Positions 1-10,084 of a stretch of 36,275 nt of DNA are shown here, piece by piece; positions within the stretch are counted from its first letter, which is position 1; each line of letters starts with the position of its first letter. The position numbers and the translations under genes were made by a program. The stretch lies in NCBI GenBank assembly GCA_024276825.1, contig JAJRWI010000080.1, positions 1 through 36,275 on the forward strand, read 5' to 3'. Source of the DNA: an archaeon (lineage in GTDB: Archaea > Asgardarchaeota > Thorarchaeia > Thorarchaeales > Thorarchaeaceae). The notes below the pieces were generated by a model. That model saw only the letters and a list, made by a program, of their open reading frames with translations, had not been told where the DNA came from and ran no database searches.

Positions 1-746
1 ACGCCTACCAATGATGACATGTCTCCACGTGTGACAGAGATTGCAACGGCAGCTCCTGAAAAGACAGCCACACCAATATCAAGCATGTTAAACCCGCCTC
101 TGCGCGTGATTTCAGTAAGTGTGCCTGACACCCAATTGCCATCAACTTCAGCGCCAAAACTTGGGAAGAATATAACGAATAATACTCCCATTATTGCTCC
201 CATTGCAAATGACAAGGCAAGAGCTATTAGTTCATTCATGGTACCCTTGATAAAGAGCGGTCTATCAGAAACAACATAACCAAGTGCGACTCCCAGCATT
301 GGTCCCATTAGGGGAGATAGCAGCATTGAGGCAACAATAATAGTCGCGTTGTTTTGAGCAAGACCTATTCCTGCTATCACTGCAGCGATAATTACAAATG
401 CAAGGAAATCAAAGTTTAGTGATGCCTGCGATTTCACATTCTCATAGATCTCTTCTACTGCCAATATGGCCTCTCTCTGAAGCTTGCTCTCCGAGGTTTC
501 TTCTTCAACTCGCGGAAGTGATGCTTTTAGATCAACAATATCGATATAACCAAATTCGACTCCGATACTTCTGGATTTCAATTTCTCCATTGTCTCTTGC
601 AGCATCTCATCAGGAACTCTGAACTGAAGAAGATGTGCGGAATCGGCATCGAACTTAAAGATTGTTTTAATACCAATTACATTGAGAATAAACTCATAGA
701 CCTCTTCGGTCTTGTCCCACGGGATAACTACTTGAACTTGCTTCAA
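1..746 (-). CDS. DUF389/TIGR00341 family membrane protein, 3' end outside window
   Basis: Not in the ORF track. Manual reverse translation from TTG at 746 (GGAG upstream) gives MKQVQVVIPWDK...LAVEEIYENV...FLAFVIIAAVIAGIGLAQNNATIIVASMLLSPLMGPMLG, the DUF389 signature. The frame stays open to the window start. Confidence 0.85.
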   Translation of the reverse strand, partial: MKQVQVVIPWDKTEEVYEFILNVIGIKTIFKFDADSAHLLQFRVPDEMLQETMEKLKSRSIGVEFGYIDIVDLKASLPRVEEETSESKLQREAILAVEEIYENVKSQASLNFDFLAFVIIAAVIAGIGLAQNNATIIVASMLLSPLMGPMLGVALGYVVSDRPLFIKGTMNELIALALSFAMGAIMGVLFVIFFPSFGAEVDGNWVSGTLTEITRRGGFNMLDIGVAVFSGAAVAISVTRGDMSSLVG

Positions 747-919
747 TTAAGGCAGCTCCCTGTCAAATTACAGCCCATTGCAATATTATTAAGAGTTTCT
801 AGATGGCGAAAAATCGGCAGTTTGTAATACTACTATTACGCTCAATGATGCATCCACCCGCCTGAAATTTAATTTCATTTATCCTAACAGTTTAATTAGA
901 GTTTAAGTCTGTTAAATAC

Positions 920-1600
920 ATGGATATCATAAATATCTCAATTATCCTTGGCGGATGGTTTATGCTCTCACTGACTGGCGCCTTAGCCCCAGGACCACTT
1001 TCCGCTGCCTGCGTTATGCAAGCAAGTCGACGAGGGCGTCTATTTGGAATACTGCCAATGGTCGGGCATGCTATTGTGGAACTCGGGATAATTGCAGCAA
1101 TAATCCTGACATTGCAAACCATCGATTTCTCGCCCCTTGTAGAAGGCTTAATGATTGGGTTTGGGGGCGTTGTTGTGATCGTCTTTGGATTTCTCGCACT
1201 CAAGGATTACAAGGTAAAACCAAGTCCTGAACTGGGTCAGATATACATCAGGAATAAGACAACAGTTGTTGAGGCCACGCTTCAAGGAGCCATAGTCAGT
1301 GTACTCTCACCATATTTTTTGCTCTGGTGGTTTGCAATAGGTCTGGGAAGCATTCAATCGCTGATGCTTGAGCTGCAGATTCAAGGCACAATGTTATTTC
1401 TAATTGGAATCCTTGTGTATGTTGTTCATGTTTCAACAGACTTCATATTTGGAGCATTTCTTAGTATTGGGACTGACACTGTTGTGCGAAAAGCCGAAAC
1501 CGGAGATGTCAATTGGATCAATGTATTTATCGGAGTATTTCAGTTATTGCTTGGTCTTTGGTTCGTCTGGCAAGCATTGATGATAATCACAGTCCTATAA
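920..1600 (+). CDS. LysE family translocator
   Basis: LSLTGALAPGP N-terminal motif, GHAIVE, about 6 TM segments, SPYFLLWW. Confidence 0.85.
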   Translation: MDIINISIILGGWFMLSLTGALAPGPLSAACVMQASRRGRLFGILPMVGHAIVELGIIAAIILTLQTIDFSPLVEGLMIGFGGVVVIVFGFLALKDYKVKPSPELGQIYIRNKTTVVEATLQGAIVSVLSPYFLLWWFAIGLGSIQSLMLELQIQGTMLFLIGILVYVVHVSTDFIFGAFLSIGTDTVVRKAETGDVNWINVFIGVFQLLLGLWFVWQALMIITVL

Positions 1601-1612
1601 ACTTCGCAATCG

Positions 1613-2230
1613 GTGAGTATTATGGATACTAGAGTTCTTTTGACTGGGTTTGAGCCATTTGACGGTTTTAGCGTCAATCCATCAGCAGTTATGGCAGAAA
1701 CCTTGAATGGCAAGACAATTGGCAATACTCATGTTTATGGATATGTTCTCCCCTTAGACTATTGCCGTGCTCTTAATGTTTTACGTAAGGCAATTAAATC
1801 ATCAAATCCCAGTCATATAATAAGCTGCGGACAATCTTACTCTCCTGAGATCAGACTTGAACGAATTGCCATTAATGCAGTAAACACTAAACGGCCAGAC
1901 AATTATGGCAATACTCCCAATGATGACACCATCATAGCAGGTGCTCCAGCAGGATATTTCGGGACGATTGATCCACATCAGATAATTACAAGACTCATCA
2001 GGAATGGGATTAATGCAAAGATCAGTTATCACGCAGGCATATTTGGATGCAATTGGATTTACTATAATCTTCTGCACTGGGCAGCCAATGGAATCCTAGA
2101 TGCAAAGGTCCTATTCGTACACCTACCTCCGCTACCCACACAAGCTGAGGAGAAAGGAGATCAAAGTATTCCAATCATGGATAAAAATACTCAACTTAAT
2201 GCATTGAATTTGATAATAGAGTCATTGTAA
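1613..2230 (+). CDS. pcp: Pyroglutamyl-peptidase I (C15)
   Basis: LLTGFEPF..NPS, catalytic E (RLERIAIN), C (AGIFGCN), H (FVHLP). Confidence 0.92.
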   Translation: MSIMDTRVLLTGFEPFDGFSVNPSAVMAETLNGKTIGNTHVYGYVLPLDYCRALNVLRKAIKSSNPSHIISCGQSYSPEIRLERIAINAVNTKRPDNYGNTPNDDTIIAGAPAGYFGTIDPHQIITRLIRNGINAKISYHAGIFGCNWIYYNLLHWAANGILDAKVLFVHLPPLPTQAEEKGDQSIPIMDKNTQLNALNLIIESL

Positions 2231-2307
2231 TTTAGCAATCGATTATGCCGCTCTTTGCGGACGACTGCATACATCATTATTCACAACTTAGAACCAAAGT
2301 TCCATAT

Positions 2308-3093
2308 TTATGAGAAAATTCTCTCGCCAAATGCAAGAAGGAGTGCATAAAGAATGATGCTACTAAGAACAATAGAAAAGGTCCTTTCAACAATCATCAC
2401 TGGGACAATGGGCAGGAAAACTTCACCAGTGAAACCAAACAGAAAGATGGCACTAAGAGTCAACATTGAGAGATCAGCAAATGCACCAATCAGAGTAAAT
2501 GGAATAAACTGCAAATACCTCCAAACACCCTGTCGCTCTGCTTTGAATTCAATATGCATGAATTGCAATGCTAGGGCAGTAAGAGCGGCAAATACATAAG
2601 GGATGATAAAAGGCCAGCCTGTTGCACAGTAAGTCATGAACACAATGATCACAATTGTCAGGTATATAGCTGCTAATGCTGGGCCAAGAACTCTTTTTCC
2701 TGAGATAGACCTTGGCCTAGCTGCGAAACCAACAAGAAGACCAGCCAATGCAGGGCCCAATATTGTGGGAGGAGCAGCAAGGTAGATAGAGTTACCGATG
2801 ACCCCCAAAGTCAACGTAAGTGCAAGAAAGCCTGCAATAAGACCATACACAAATCCTCGTGCTCCACCAAGAATCACGCCAAAGATTGGAGCAATGCAGA
2901 TAGCGAGGTTAAGAATGCTCCCCATGCCAATTAATGTATTTAATGGAATCAAGGCAACTACTGCATAGAGTGATGCAAGTATCACTCCAATAGTCATCGC
3001 TTCTGATTCAGAAGTACCGCCTTCCAGCTGCAAGTCGCTTTCGGTCATTGTAATCAGCCGGTTTTTAGGCGGTTCCTTTTTTTCTCTTTCCAT
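2308..3093 (-). CDS. Integral membrane protein, ECF S-component-like
   Basis: About 7 hydrophobic segments; PIFGVILGGARGFVYGLIAG resembles the ECF substrate-component glycine pattern; substrate unknown. Confidence 0.5.
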   Translation of the reverse strand: MEREKKEPPKNRLITMTESDLQLEGGTSESEAMTIGVILASLYAVVALIPLNTLIGMGSILNLAICIAPIFGVILGGARGFVYGLIAGFLALTLTLGVIGNSIYLAAPPTILGPALAGLLVGFAARPRSISGKRVLGPALAAIYLTIVIIVFMTYCATGWPFIIPYVFAALTALALQFMHIEFKAERQGVWRYLQFIPFTLIGAFADLSMLTLSAIFLFGFTGEVFLPIVPVMIVERTFSIVLSSIILYALLLAFGERIFS

Positions 3094-3188
3094 TTTAACA
3101 ATTTAGTATCAGTTGGAACTTTCGCTTGATTGTTCTGAAATAATAAAATAGAGCGATTCATCCAAACTTCAAATCTGGGATGCACGAA

Positions 3189-4193
3189 TCAATTTTCTGG
3201 ATAGAAATCCCAAAGATGCGAGAATTTCCAGCCTTTTCCAATCTTCTTGAACTCGTCTTCCAAATCAACGAAGGCGTCATTTTCAAATGGATAGAATCGC
3301 AGATTGTTATTATCATCGCGAATAATCAAATCGGGTCGACCAACTTCTCTCCAGTATCCTACCAGATATATCCAGTCATTCTTGAATCCTCGGCCCACCA
3401 CAGGATATGGGGGTTCCGCAAACACATTGTACTGCCTTTCAGGGTCTAGTTTGCCATATTTGTACAATATCAACTCATTATTCCTCTTTCGAACAATCAG
3501 ATCTGGAGTCCCATTGCCCGTCCATTCTTCCACAAAGAAGTGTGTATATGAATCACCAAAGCCGCGCCCGATTCTTCTTGGCTTGCCTTGATCTTTGAAT
3601 GTTACACCATTGAATAGATAAAGATAGAGCTCCCCATTCTCTTTTCGTGCAACCAAATCAGGAAATCTCTTGCCCTCCCAATAACCAACCAATAAGTCAG
3701 GAAAGTCCTTCTTGAAGAATCCCTCACCGACAAATTTGGACCTTCCCAGATCTTCAAACTCACGACCATTCCATGGATAAAGTCTGAGCCTTCCCTCATC
3801 GTCCCTTACGAGAAGATCAGAAGTACCATTATCAGTCCATTCAGCAACAAAATATTCCCACTCAGGCAGAAAACCGCGTCCTACTCTGCGGCCCGTTCCC
3901 TCAACAAAGAAAGTCTCGTTCTTGAAGGGATAATACTTCAGGTCGCCATCATCCTCGAGGACCACAAGACCAGACCCGCCACCAATTCTTCTACGGTATG
4001 ATACTGTATGGCCTGGTTCCCAGTAGCCAGGCAAGTATTTGGCAAATTTCCAATCATCGCCAACCTTGATACCGGTTTCAACATCCTCAGGGGGAAAGAA
4101 TGTAATATGGCCATCTCTTTCAAATAGGGGATACCAGAGTAGATCACCGTTATTTTTTCTTACTACCAGCCCAGGCATCTTCTCTCGCCTCAT
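3189..4193 (-). CDS. Repeat protein, FG-GAP/VCBS-like beta-propeller (6 repeats)
   Basis: Six units of roughly 50-65 aa with consensus W..xG.PDL(I/V)VR...G.L..YP(F/W)...(I/V)G.G(F/W); no signal peptide. Confidence 0.65.
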   Translation of the reverse strand: MRREKMPGLVVRKNNGDLLWYPLFERDGHITFFPPEDVETGIKVGDDWKFAKYLPGYWEPGHTVSYRRRIGGGSGLVVLEDDGDLKYYPFKNETFFVEGTGRRVGRGFLPEWEYFVAEWTDNGTSDLLVRDDEGRLRLYPWNGREFEDLGRSKFVGEGFFKKDFPDLLVGYWEGKRFPDLVARKENGELYLYLFNGVTFKDQGKPRRIGRGFGDSYTHFFVEEWTGNGTPDLIVRKRNNELILYKYGKLDPERQYNVFAEPPYPVVGRGFKNDWIYLVGYWREVGRPDLIIRDDNNNLRFYPFENDAFVDLEDEFKKIGKGWKFSHLWDFYPEN

Positions 4194-4338
4194 CCAATTA
4201 TTCCAATCATTTGAGATTTAGTATTTGGCTTTGTCTATGATGTAACATACATGCCATTTACATGCAATCCGAATGGATATTCAAAATGACTGTACTTTTC
4301 AATCCAGTTATAAGAAGGGAATGAAGACCGCAAATTAG

Positions 4339-4974
4339 GTGAGCACAATTTCCCTGCTTGAATTCAAGAATGTTGCAATGGCCTACGATGGTATTATTGT
4401 GTTTGAGAACTTTAATCTTAAACTATTGAATGGAGAAACTGTTGGTCTCACGGGTCCCTCTGGCTGTGGCAAAAGCACTGTCCTTAGACTTGCAGTAGAT
4501 CTGGTATCGCCAGTAAGCGGTGAAGTGCTATTCAAATCACAACCTGTGAACGAATGGGAGCCTACAGAACTTAGAAGAAGAATGGTGCTTGTACCACAAG
4601 AGGCTTCAATGTTTACCGGAACCGTGGAAGACAATCTGAAATGGGCCTTGGATATTCACAAGATGGATTACAGAGAAGGAGAGTTCGAGAGGGTCTTAAA
4701 GGATGTACTTCTCGATATTGAATACTTGGGCAAAGTCGCTGCTAATCTTTCAGGAGGACAGAAGCAAAGAGTGGCTATAGCCAGAGCTTTACTACTAAAA
4801 CCAGATGTTCTGCTTCTAGATGAACCAACATCTGCCTTGGATATGGAAGCAACCCTTGCAGTTGAAGAGGCGATTAATAATCTGATTAAGGTCTCAGACC
4901 TTTCAGTGCTGATTGTTACACATAACAAGGAGCAGGCTCGGAGATTCACATCGCGAGTTATTGAAATGGAGTGA
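4339..4974 (+). CDS. ABC transporter ATP-binding protein (FetA/YbbL-like)
   Basis: Walker A GPSGCGKS, LSGGQ, LLLDEPT; short single NBD overlapping the UPF0014 permease. Confidence 0.88.
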   Translation: MSTISLLEFKNVAMAYDGIIVFENFNLKLLNGETVGLTGPSGCGKSTVLRLAVDLVSPVSGEVLFKSQPVNEWEPTELRRRMVLVPQEASMFTGTVEDNLKWALDIHKMDYREGEFERVLKDVLLDIEYLGKVAANLSGGQKQRVAIARALLLKPDVLLLDEPTSALDMEATLAVEEAINNLIKVSDLSVLIVTHNKEQARRFTSRVIEME

Positions 4975-5807
4975 GAAAAATGATGTTACAATTTGATTTT
5001 AATCTTTTAGAATTCTTGAATGGTCTGCCTTGGGATAGAATTTCTGAAACCTCATGGAGATATATAACTGCATTATTCTTGCTTGCAGCCTTGATTCTGG
5101 TAAGCAGATGGCAAGGTCTTGGAATTGGAAATAAATTGGTGGTTGGAACTATTCGAGGCACCATCCAGATCCTCATAATGGCCCTGTTTCTAGTTTCAAT
5201 CTTCGCCCTTGAAAACCTGATAATCATATTCATCGTACTGACATTCATGGGAGTTTTCGCTGCTCATACAGTGAGGTCCAACTTGGACCATATACCAGGG
5301 GCCATGTCAGCATCACTGCCAGGAATTTTAATTGCTGGTCTCTCGGTGATGTTCATTTCTGTTCTTTTAGGCATCATTCCAGTGATTGGAGAATATATCA
5401 TACCAATGGGAGGGATGGTCATTGGAAACTCAATGACAATGTCAAGTCTTGTCATTGATAGGATGTGGTCCAACGCTCAGAAGCAAAGGTCACTGATTGA
5501 AACAGCATTATCACTTGGTGCAAATCCGACTCAGGCAAATGAATTGACCATTAGGGAGGCCATTAGAGCAGGTCTACTTCCAAATCTGAACAGATATGCA
5601 TCCCTGGGAATAGTCAGCATTCCGGGACTAATGTCTGGAATGATCATCGGAGGTGAGCATCCAATTGTCGCGGCATTTTATCAGGTGATAGTCTTCATCA
5701 TGATATTCCTTGCTGCTACAATCTGTGGATTTATAATCTCAAGGATGTTTCTGCGAAAGATGTTCAATGAACGATATCAATTACTAGTTCCACCATTACA
5801 AAAGTAA
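4971..5807 (+). CDS. ABC permease, UPF0014 (FetB/YbbM-like)
   Basis: YIIPMGGMVIGNSM, ALSLGA, LGIVSIPGLMSGMIIGG..P..AA.YQ motifs. Confidence 0.9.
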   Translation: MRKMMLQFDFNLLEFLNGLPWDRISETSWRYITALFLLAALILVSRWQGLGIGNKLVVGTIRGTIQILIMALFLVSIFALENLIIIFIVLTFMGVFAAHTVRSNLDHIPGAMSASLPGILIAGLSVMFISVLLGIIPVIGEYIIPMGGMVIGNSMTMSSLVIDRMWSNAQKQRSLIETALSLGANPTQANELTIREAIRAGLLPNLNRYASLGIVSIPGLMSGMIIGGEHPIVAAFYQVIVFIMIFLAATICGFIISRMFLRKMFNERYQLLVPPLQK

Positions 5808-5904
5808 TGATAAATAATCAGGCAATCGTCAGGAACTTGAGTTGATAGCAACTCTTTTAGGAGGCTTAATCCTAGCCCAGAGTCGCCACTCGGAGGAATG
5901 ACTC

Positions 5905-7221
5905 TTGAGTACCGAAGAGACTTTCGATATCATAGTAGTCGGAGCGGGAGCCCTAGGAGTTGCTTCAGCGTTCTACCTTCAAAAGAACAATCCTGACAAG
6001 AAGATTCTGCTAATTGATAGACTTCTCGCTGCAGGGCAGGCCAATACTGCAATGAGCGCAGCAGCAGTCAGGAACATGTTTGGCTCATCAACGAATCAAC
6101 TTCTTACAGATACTTCCATTAAGTATTTTGAGCATGTACAGAATGATCTTAAACATGAACTGTATTTCGAGAAGACTGGTTATCTATGGCTTCTTAGTGA
6201 AGAACAATACAACAGTGAGAATGCCAAGGTCTGGATGGGAAGAATGAAAGATTCAGGCATTCAATTCAAAGTCTACACAAAGGATGAACTGAAAGAGATG
6301 ATACCTGGCCTGAATGTTGACTTTGCAAATGATGAAGAAGCGGAGCTTATGAACCTTAAAGAAGTGGCCTATGGTCTCTTCGGACCTGACTGCGGGGTCC
6401 TTGATCCAACTCGACTTGTTGAACACTATCTTGAGGAGTTCAAGAAGGTCTCCCATGTCAAGCCGCGATTCGGTGTAAATGTCGAAAAGCTGATTGTTGA
6501 GGCAGTGCCAAAACTGGATCTGCCTGGGGAGCCCTATGTCTGGCAGAATAAACGTGTGACTGGTGTAAAAACAAACAAGGGCATTTTCAAAGCAGAAACT
6601 ATTGTGCTAGCTACAGGCGCTTGGGCAAACGAGCTACTCGATCCTATTGGTATTGATAGCCAGACAAAAACAAAGAAGCGACAGTTGTTTGTTATTCATG
6701 CTGGCGAGAGAGAGGGCCTGAGGAACCTTCTGTATACAAAAGGGTTCAATGATCTGGGATGCATTCCATTTACAATCCTTCCCTCTGCGGGAGTCTATTT
6801 CAGACCGCAACTTCAAGAGAAGGGGTTCTGGATCGGTTGCGGCGATAAGTTCGGGCGCGCATACAAGTATATCATGAGCGATGAGGAGATGGTGCCTGAA
6901 ACTAGTTATTATGAGAACAGCATGTATCCAGTGCTCTCAAAATATTTCCCTGATTTTAAAGATACTCGAGCTACCAATATGTGGGCAGGTGGTTATTGTT
7001 ATAGCCCAGACAGAATTCCATTTGTTTATGAGGATCATGGCGTGATTGTGGTAAATGGTGCTTCAGGTTCAGGAATCATGAAGGCTGATGCTTTAGGCCG
7101 CATTGTTGATGCATTATATCGTGGTGAAGAAGAGGCTCAATTGTACGGGGGCAAGAGGATTAACGCCAAGGCTCTTGGTCAAAAAGACAGAAAAGTTGAC
7201 CTAGAAACCGCAGTGATCTAG
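5905..7221 (+). CDS. FAD-dependent oxidoreductase (DAO/sarcosine oxidase beta-like)
   Basis: IIVVGAGALG Rossmann motif, LATGAW, WAG.Y, SGSGIMK; GGAGG upstream of the TTG start. Confidence 0.88.
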   Translation: MSTEETFDIIVVGAGALGVASAFYLQKNNPDKKILLIDRLLAAGQANTAMSAAAVRNMFGSSTNQLLTDTSIKYFEHVQNDLKHELYFEKTGYLWLLSEEQYNSENAKVWMGRMKDSGIQFKVYTKDELKEMIPGLNVDFANDEEAELMNLKEVAYGLFGPDCGVLDPTRLVEHYLEEFKKVSHVKPRFGVNVEKLIVEAVPKLDLPGEPYVWQNKRVTGVKTNKGIFKAETIVLATGAWANELLDPIGIDSQTKTKKRQLFVIHAGEREGLRNLLYTKGFNDLGCIPFTILPSAGVYFRPQLQEKGFWIGCGDKFGRAYKYIMSDEEMVPETSYYENSMYPVLSKYFPDFKDTRATNMWAGGYCYSPDRIPFVYEDHGVIVVNGASGSGIMKADALGRIVDALYRGEEEAQLYGGKRINAKALGQKDRKVDLETAVI

Positions 7222-7302
7222 TGAATTAAACGGCAAGCAATTCATCCACAATGGATTACATTGAAATGGCAGTAAGACCTATTTTAAATGAGGTGAAGCT
7301 CA

Positions 7303-8259
7303 ATGAGCAGAGCAGATAAGAAATTCTGGATCTATCGTGTGCGTTCGCTTGAAAGCGGCATTGAATATGACTCATTAGAAGATGCTCCAGAGGAACCTCT
7401 GCTTGTTGAGATGCTGGGAATTCAACCTGAGAAATTTCCAATGCTAGCCACTCGATTCAACATTGACCTTGATGACCTGCAAGACCTTATGGACCTTGAT
7501 GAGAGACCACGAGTCCAAATTGAGGAGGACTTTGCAATGCTTGTGTTGCGGGTTCCCGTGGATCTGAATATCAAGCATCGTGAGTATTCCACATATCCAG
7601 TAGGCATTTTCACGGATGGACAATCTTTACTAATAATGAAGCATGCAGAAATTCCCATTCGAAAAAAGAGGCTAAGACGACTGACCAAGTCCCTCATGAC
7701 TCCACCGCAAATAATCTATAACATGTGGGAACTGGTGATTCATTCGTTTGAAACTACTCTGGATATTATTGAGGCCATAATCAAGAGAGCCGAAGAGTCA
7801 ATTCAGACAGAATTATATCCAACTAGACTCAGACGATTCTTTCAACTATCATCAGATGCGGTCTATATGGAAGCAGCTCTCAGATCAAACATGCGAGTCT
7901 TGCGTCATATGATAAGAAATCCAAAGTTTGGCTCCATAGAACTCAATGTAGAAAGATTAGAAGAATTGGAGGTTGACCTTCAACAACAAATGGAACTTAG
8001 TGCGATTTACAGGGAACTTATTGACAATGCTATGAATGCATATGATACAATAGTCGGTCACAACCTAAATCAGGTCATGAAAACACTCACTTCAATATCT
8101 CTACTAGTCAGTGTTCCTACACTTATTGCAAGCATTTATGGAATGAATGTTGGACTGCCTTTGCAGAATGAGCCAGGGGCCTTTTTCATCTTGCTGCTGA
8201 TCAGCATTCTTATCACATTACCGCTTCTTATAGTTCTAAGAATGAAGCGCCTTGTGTAA
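7303..8259 (+). CDS. corA: CorA family Mg2+/Co2+ transporter
   Basis: ERPR, NLNQVMKTLT, YGMN signature, two C-terminal TM helices; GAGGTGA RBS. Confidence 0.9.
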   Translation: MSRADKKFWIYRVRSLESGIEYDSLEDAPEEPLLVEMLGIQPEKFPMLATRFNIDLDDLQDLMDLDERPRVQIEEDFAMLVLRVPVDLNIKHREYSTYPVGIFTDGQSLLIMKHAEIPIRKKRLRRLTKSLMTPPQIIYNMWELVIHSFETTLDIIEAIIKRAEESIQTELYPTRLRRFFQLSSDAVYMEAALRSNMRVLRHMIRNPKFGSIELNVERLEELEVDLQQQMELSAIYRELIDNAMNAYDTIVGHNLNQVMKTLTSISLLVSVPTLIASIYGMNVGLPLQNEPGAFFILLLISILITLPLLIVLRMKRLV

Positions 8260-8311
8260 TAAACTCAATATGCGCTGTCTTTATCTTCATCAATGTTATT
8301 CATAGTCAACC

Positions 8312-9277
8312 ATGAAAGTAGGTGTTCTCACAAGTGGTGGCGACAGTCCAGGCATGAACGCATGCATCAGGGCCATTGTACGAGTTGGAATCAGTAGAGG
8401 ACAGCACATCTTTGGAATCCATGGTGGGCTTCAGGGTCTTCTAGACCGCCATATCTCAACACTTGAGGCACGCTCTGTGGCCAATATCGTCCATAGAGGA
8501 GGGACTATCCTCACAACCGGAAGGTCTGAGGAATTCAGAACAACTGAAGGTCAGAAAAAAGCCGCCCGCATTTTAAGGGAGGAGATGTTTGATGCCCTGA
8601 TTGCTCTCGGTGGCAATGGCACCATGCAGGCTCTTCACAAACTGCAGCAGTACTGGGATGGTCTGATAATTGGGCTGCCTGGAACAATTGACAATGATGT
8701 ATATGGCACCGATTACTCAATCGGCTTTGACACTGCAGTGAACAATGCCATCGATGCTGTAGATAAAATAAGAGACACTGCACAGTCTTTCGATCGCATT
8801 TTCCTGATTGAGGTCATGGGTAGACACTCGGGACAGATAGCATTACATGTTGGAATCGCCTGTGGTGCTGATGTGATTGCCATTCCCGAAACCAAGACCG
8901 ATTTGGATCTTATCGCTGAAAAAATCATAGCGGGAAAAAAGCGGGGCAAGTCATTTGCATTTATCGTTGTTGCTGAAGGAGATGAGGAAGGCGATGCTCA
9001 CACAATCGCGCAGAAGTTGTCAACCAAGATAGGCGAGAAATGCAGGGTGTCGGTATTGGGATATATCCAAAGAGGAGGAAATCCAACGCATCATGATAGA
9101 ATTCTGGCCACACGTCTTGGAGCTTATGCCATCGAATGCTTGCTAAAAGGAGTTAGCGGCGTAATGCTGGGAATGATTAATGGTGAGTTGACTGCAACAC
9201 CATTAGAAGAAACATTCACAAAGAAGAAGCCTATTGATCAATGGCTGTTCAGTCTTGTTGATGAGCTATCCATTTAA
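8312..9277 (+). CDS. pfkA: ATP-dependent 6-phosphofructokinase (PfkA family)
   Basis: VLTSGGDSPGMNA, GGNGT, LPGTIDND, EVMGR, LGYIQRGG. Confidence 0.93.
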   Translation: MKVGVLTSGGDSPGMNACIRAIVRVGISRGQHIFGIHGGLQGLLDRHISTLEARSVANIVHRGGTILTTGRSEEFRTTEGQKKAARILREEMFDALIALGGNGTMQALHKLQQYWDGLIIGLPGTIDNDVYGTDYSIGFDTAVNNAIDAVDKIRDTAQSFDRIFLIEVMGRHSGQIALHVGIACGADVIAIPETKTDLDLIAEKIIAGKKRGKSFAFIVVAEGDEEGDAHTIAQKLSTKIGEKCRVSVLGYIQRGGNPTHHDRILATRLGAYAIECLLKGVSGVMLGMINGELTATPLEETFTKKKPIDQWLFSLVDELSI

Positions 9278-9446
9278 CAACTGTAGAGTTATTGTAGGAA
9301 TAACTTGGATTTAGATATAAGTAAGGCATCAAAGGTTGTTCCACAAGGCGGATATCATAACATCTCGAAGGGCAATTAATTAATAGAAGCTGAAAATAAA
9401 GGATAATAGATTAAAATATGGATACCACTCCCTTTTTGCTTTTTCC

Positions 9447-9736
9447 ATGACTCTGATCGTGGAAATCGGATCTACTATTACATATGCTTTATTGAATAGA
9501 GGGGTCGACAATGGCAATGGTACTTTGAAAAGCATAACACTCCTACTCAAGATACATGGTTTGAGCTATACTGAGCATGGACCGATTATTATCACCTCAA
9601 ACTCAGACTTTGTTACTCAAGGATGGGCAGGATCAAGGACTAAGGCAGATCCATACATCATTGGGAGCTAAACATTATAGCAGATGGTGATTGCATATCT
9701 ATCTCAAATACTGATGTGTACTTTGTGATTCGCAAT
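9447..9736 (+). pseudogene. Frameshifted, truncated remnant of a NosD/parallel beta-helix surface protein N-terminus
   Basis: YTEHGPIIITSNSDFVTQGWAGSRTKADPYII continues after a frameshift near 9665 as LNIIADGDCISISNTDVYFVIRN, then degenerates. It resembles the lead-in of archaeal beta-helix surface proteins (recognised by eye). Confidence 0.7.
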
Positions 9737-9931
9737 AAGCGAAAATTCAGGGTGAGTTCATCGGGCCATAAGTTATATTCTTCAGAAACAGATATTCTCA
9801 AACTAAATATATTCATCATAGAATGTTAATTTCATGTTTATTTTCACCATTTACACACATTTCATTTGATAATGGAATGAATATGTGAACTTATTATCAC
9901 ACATGTGATGTAATTTATGACCACTTATTAC

Positions 9932-9999
9932 GAAAACACATTCACCAAGAAGAAATTGATGAGTGGATGTTCAAACTGGTTGATGAACTGTCAGTTTAA
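9932..9999 (+). pseudogene. Decayed duplicate of the pfkA 3' end
   Basis: ENTFTKK-(4-nt deletion)-IDEWMFKLVDELSV* versus PfkA EETFTKKKPIDQWLFSLVDELSI* (9206-9277); hand count 55/68 nt identical. Confidence 0.85.
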
Positions 10000-10084
10000 T
10001 AGCAGAATGATATCTAGATGAGGCCTTTATTGCAGATTATGACAATGCTTATATTGCAACAGGTTACCGAGTTACTAGAACACA

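Noticed and set aside
19-827. Three short plus-strand ORFs
   Set aside because: Antisense to the DUF389 gene on the minus strand.
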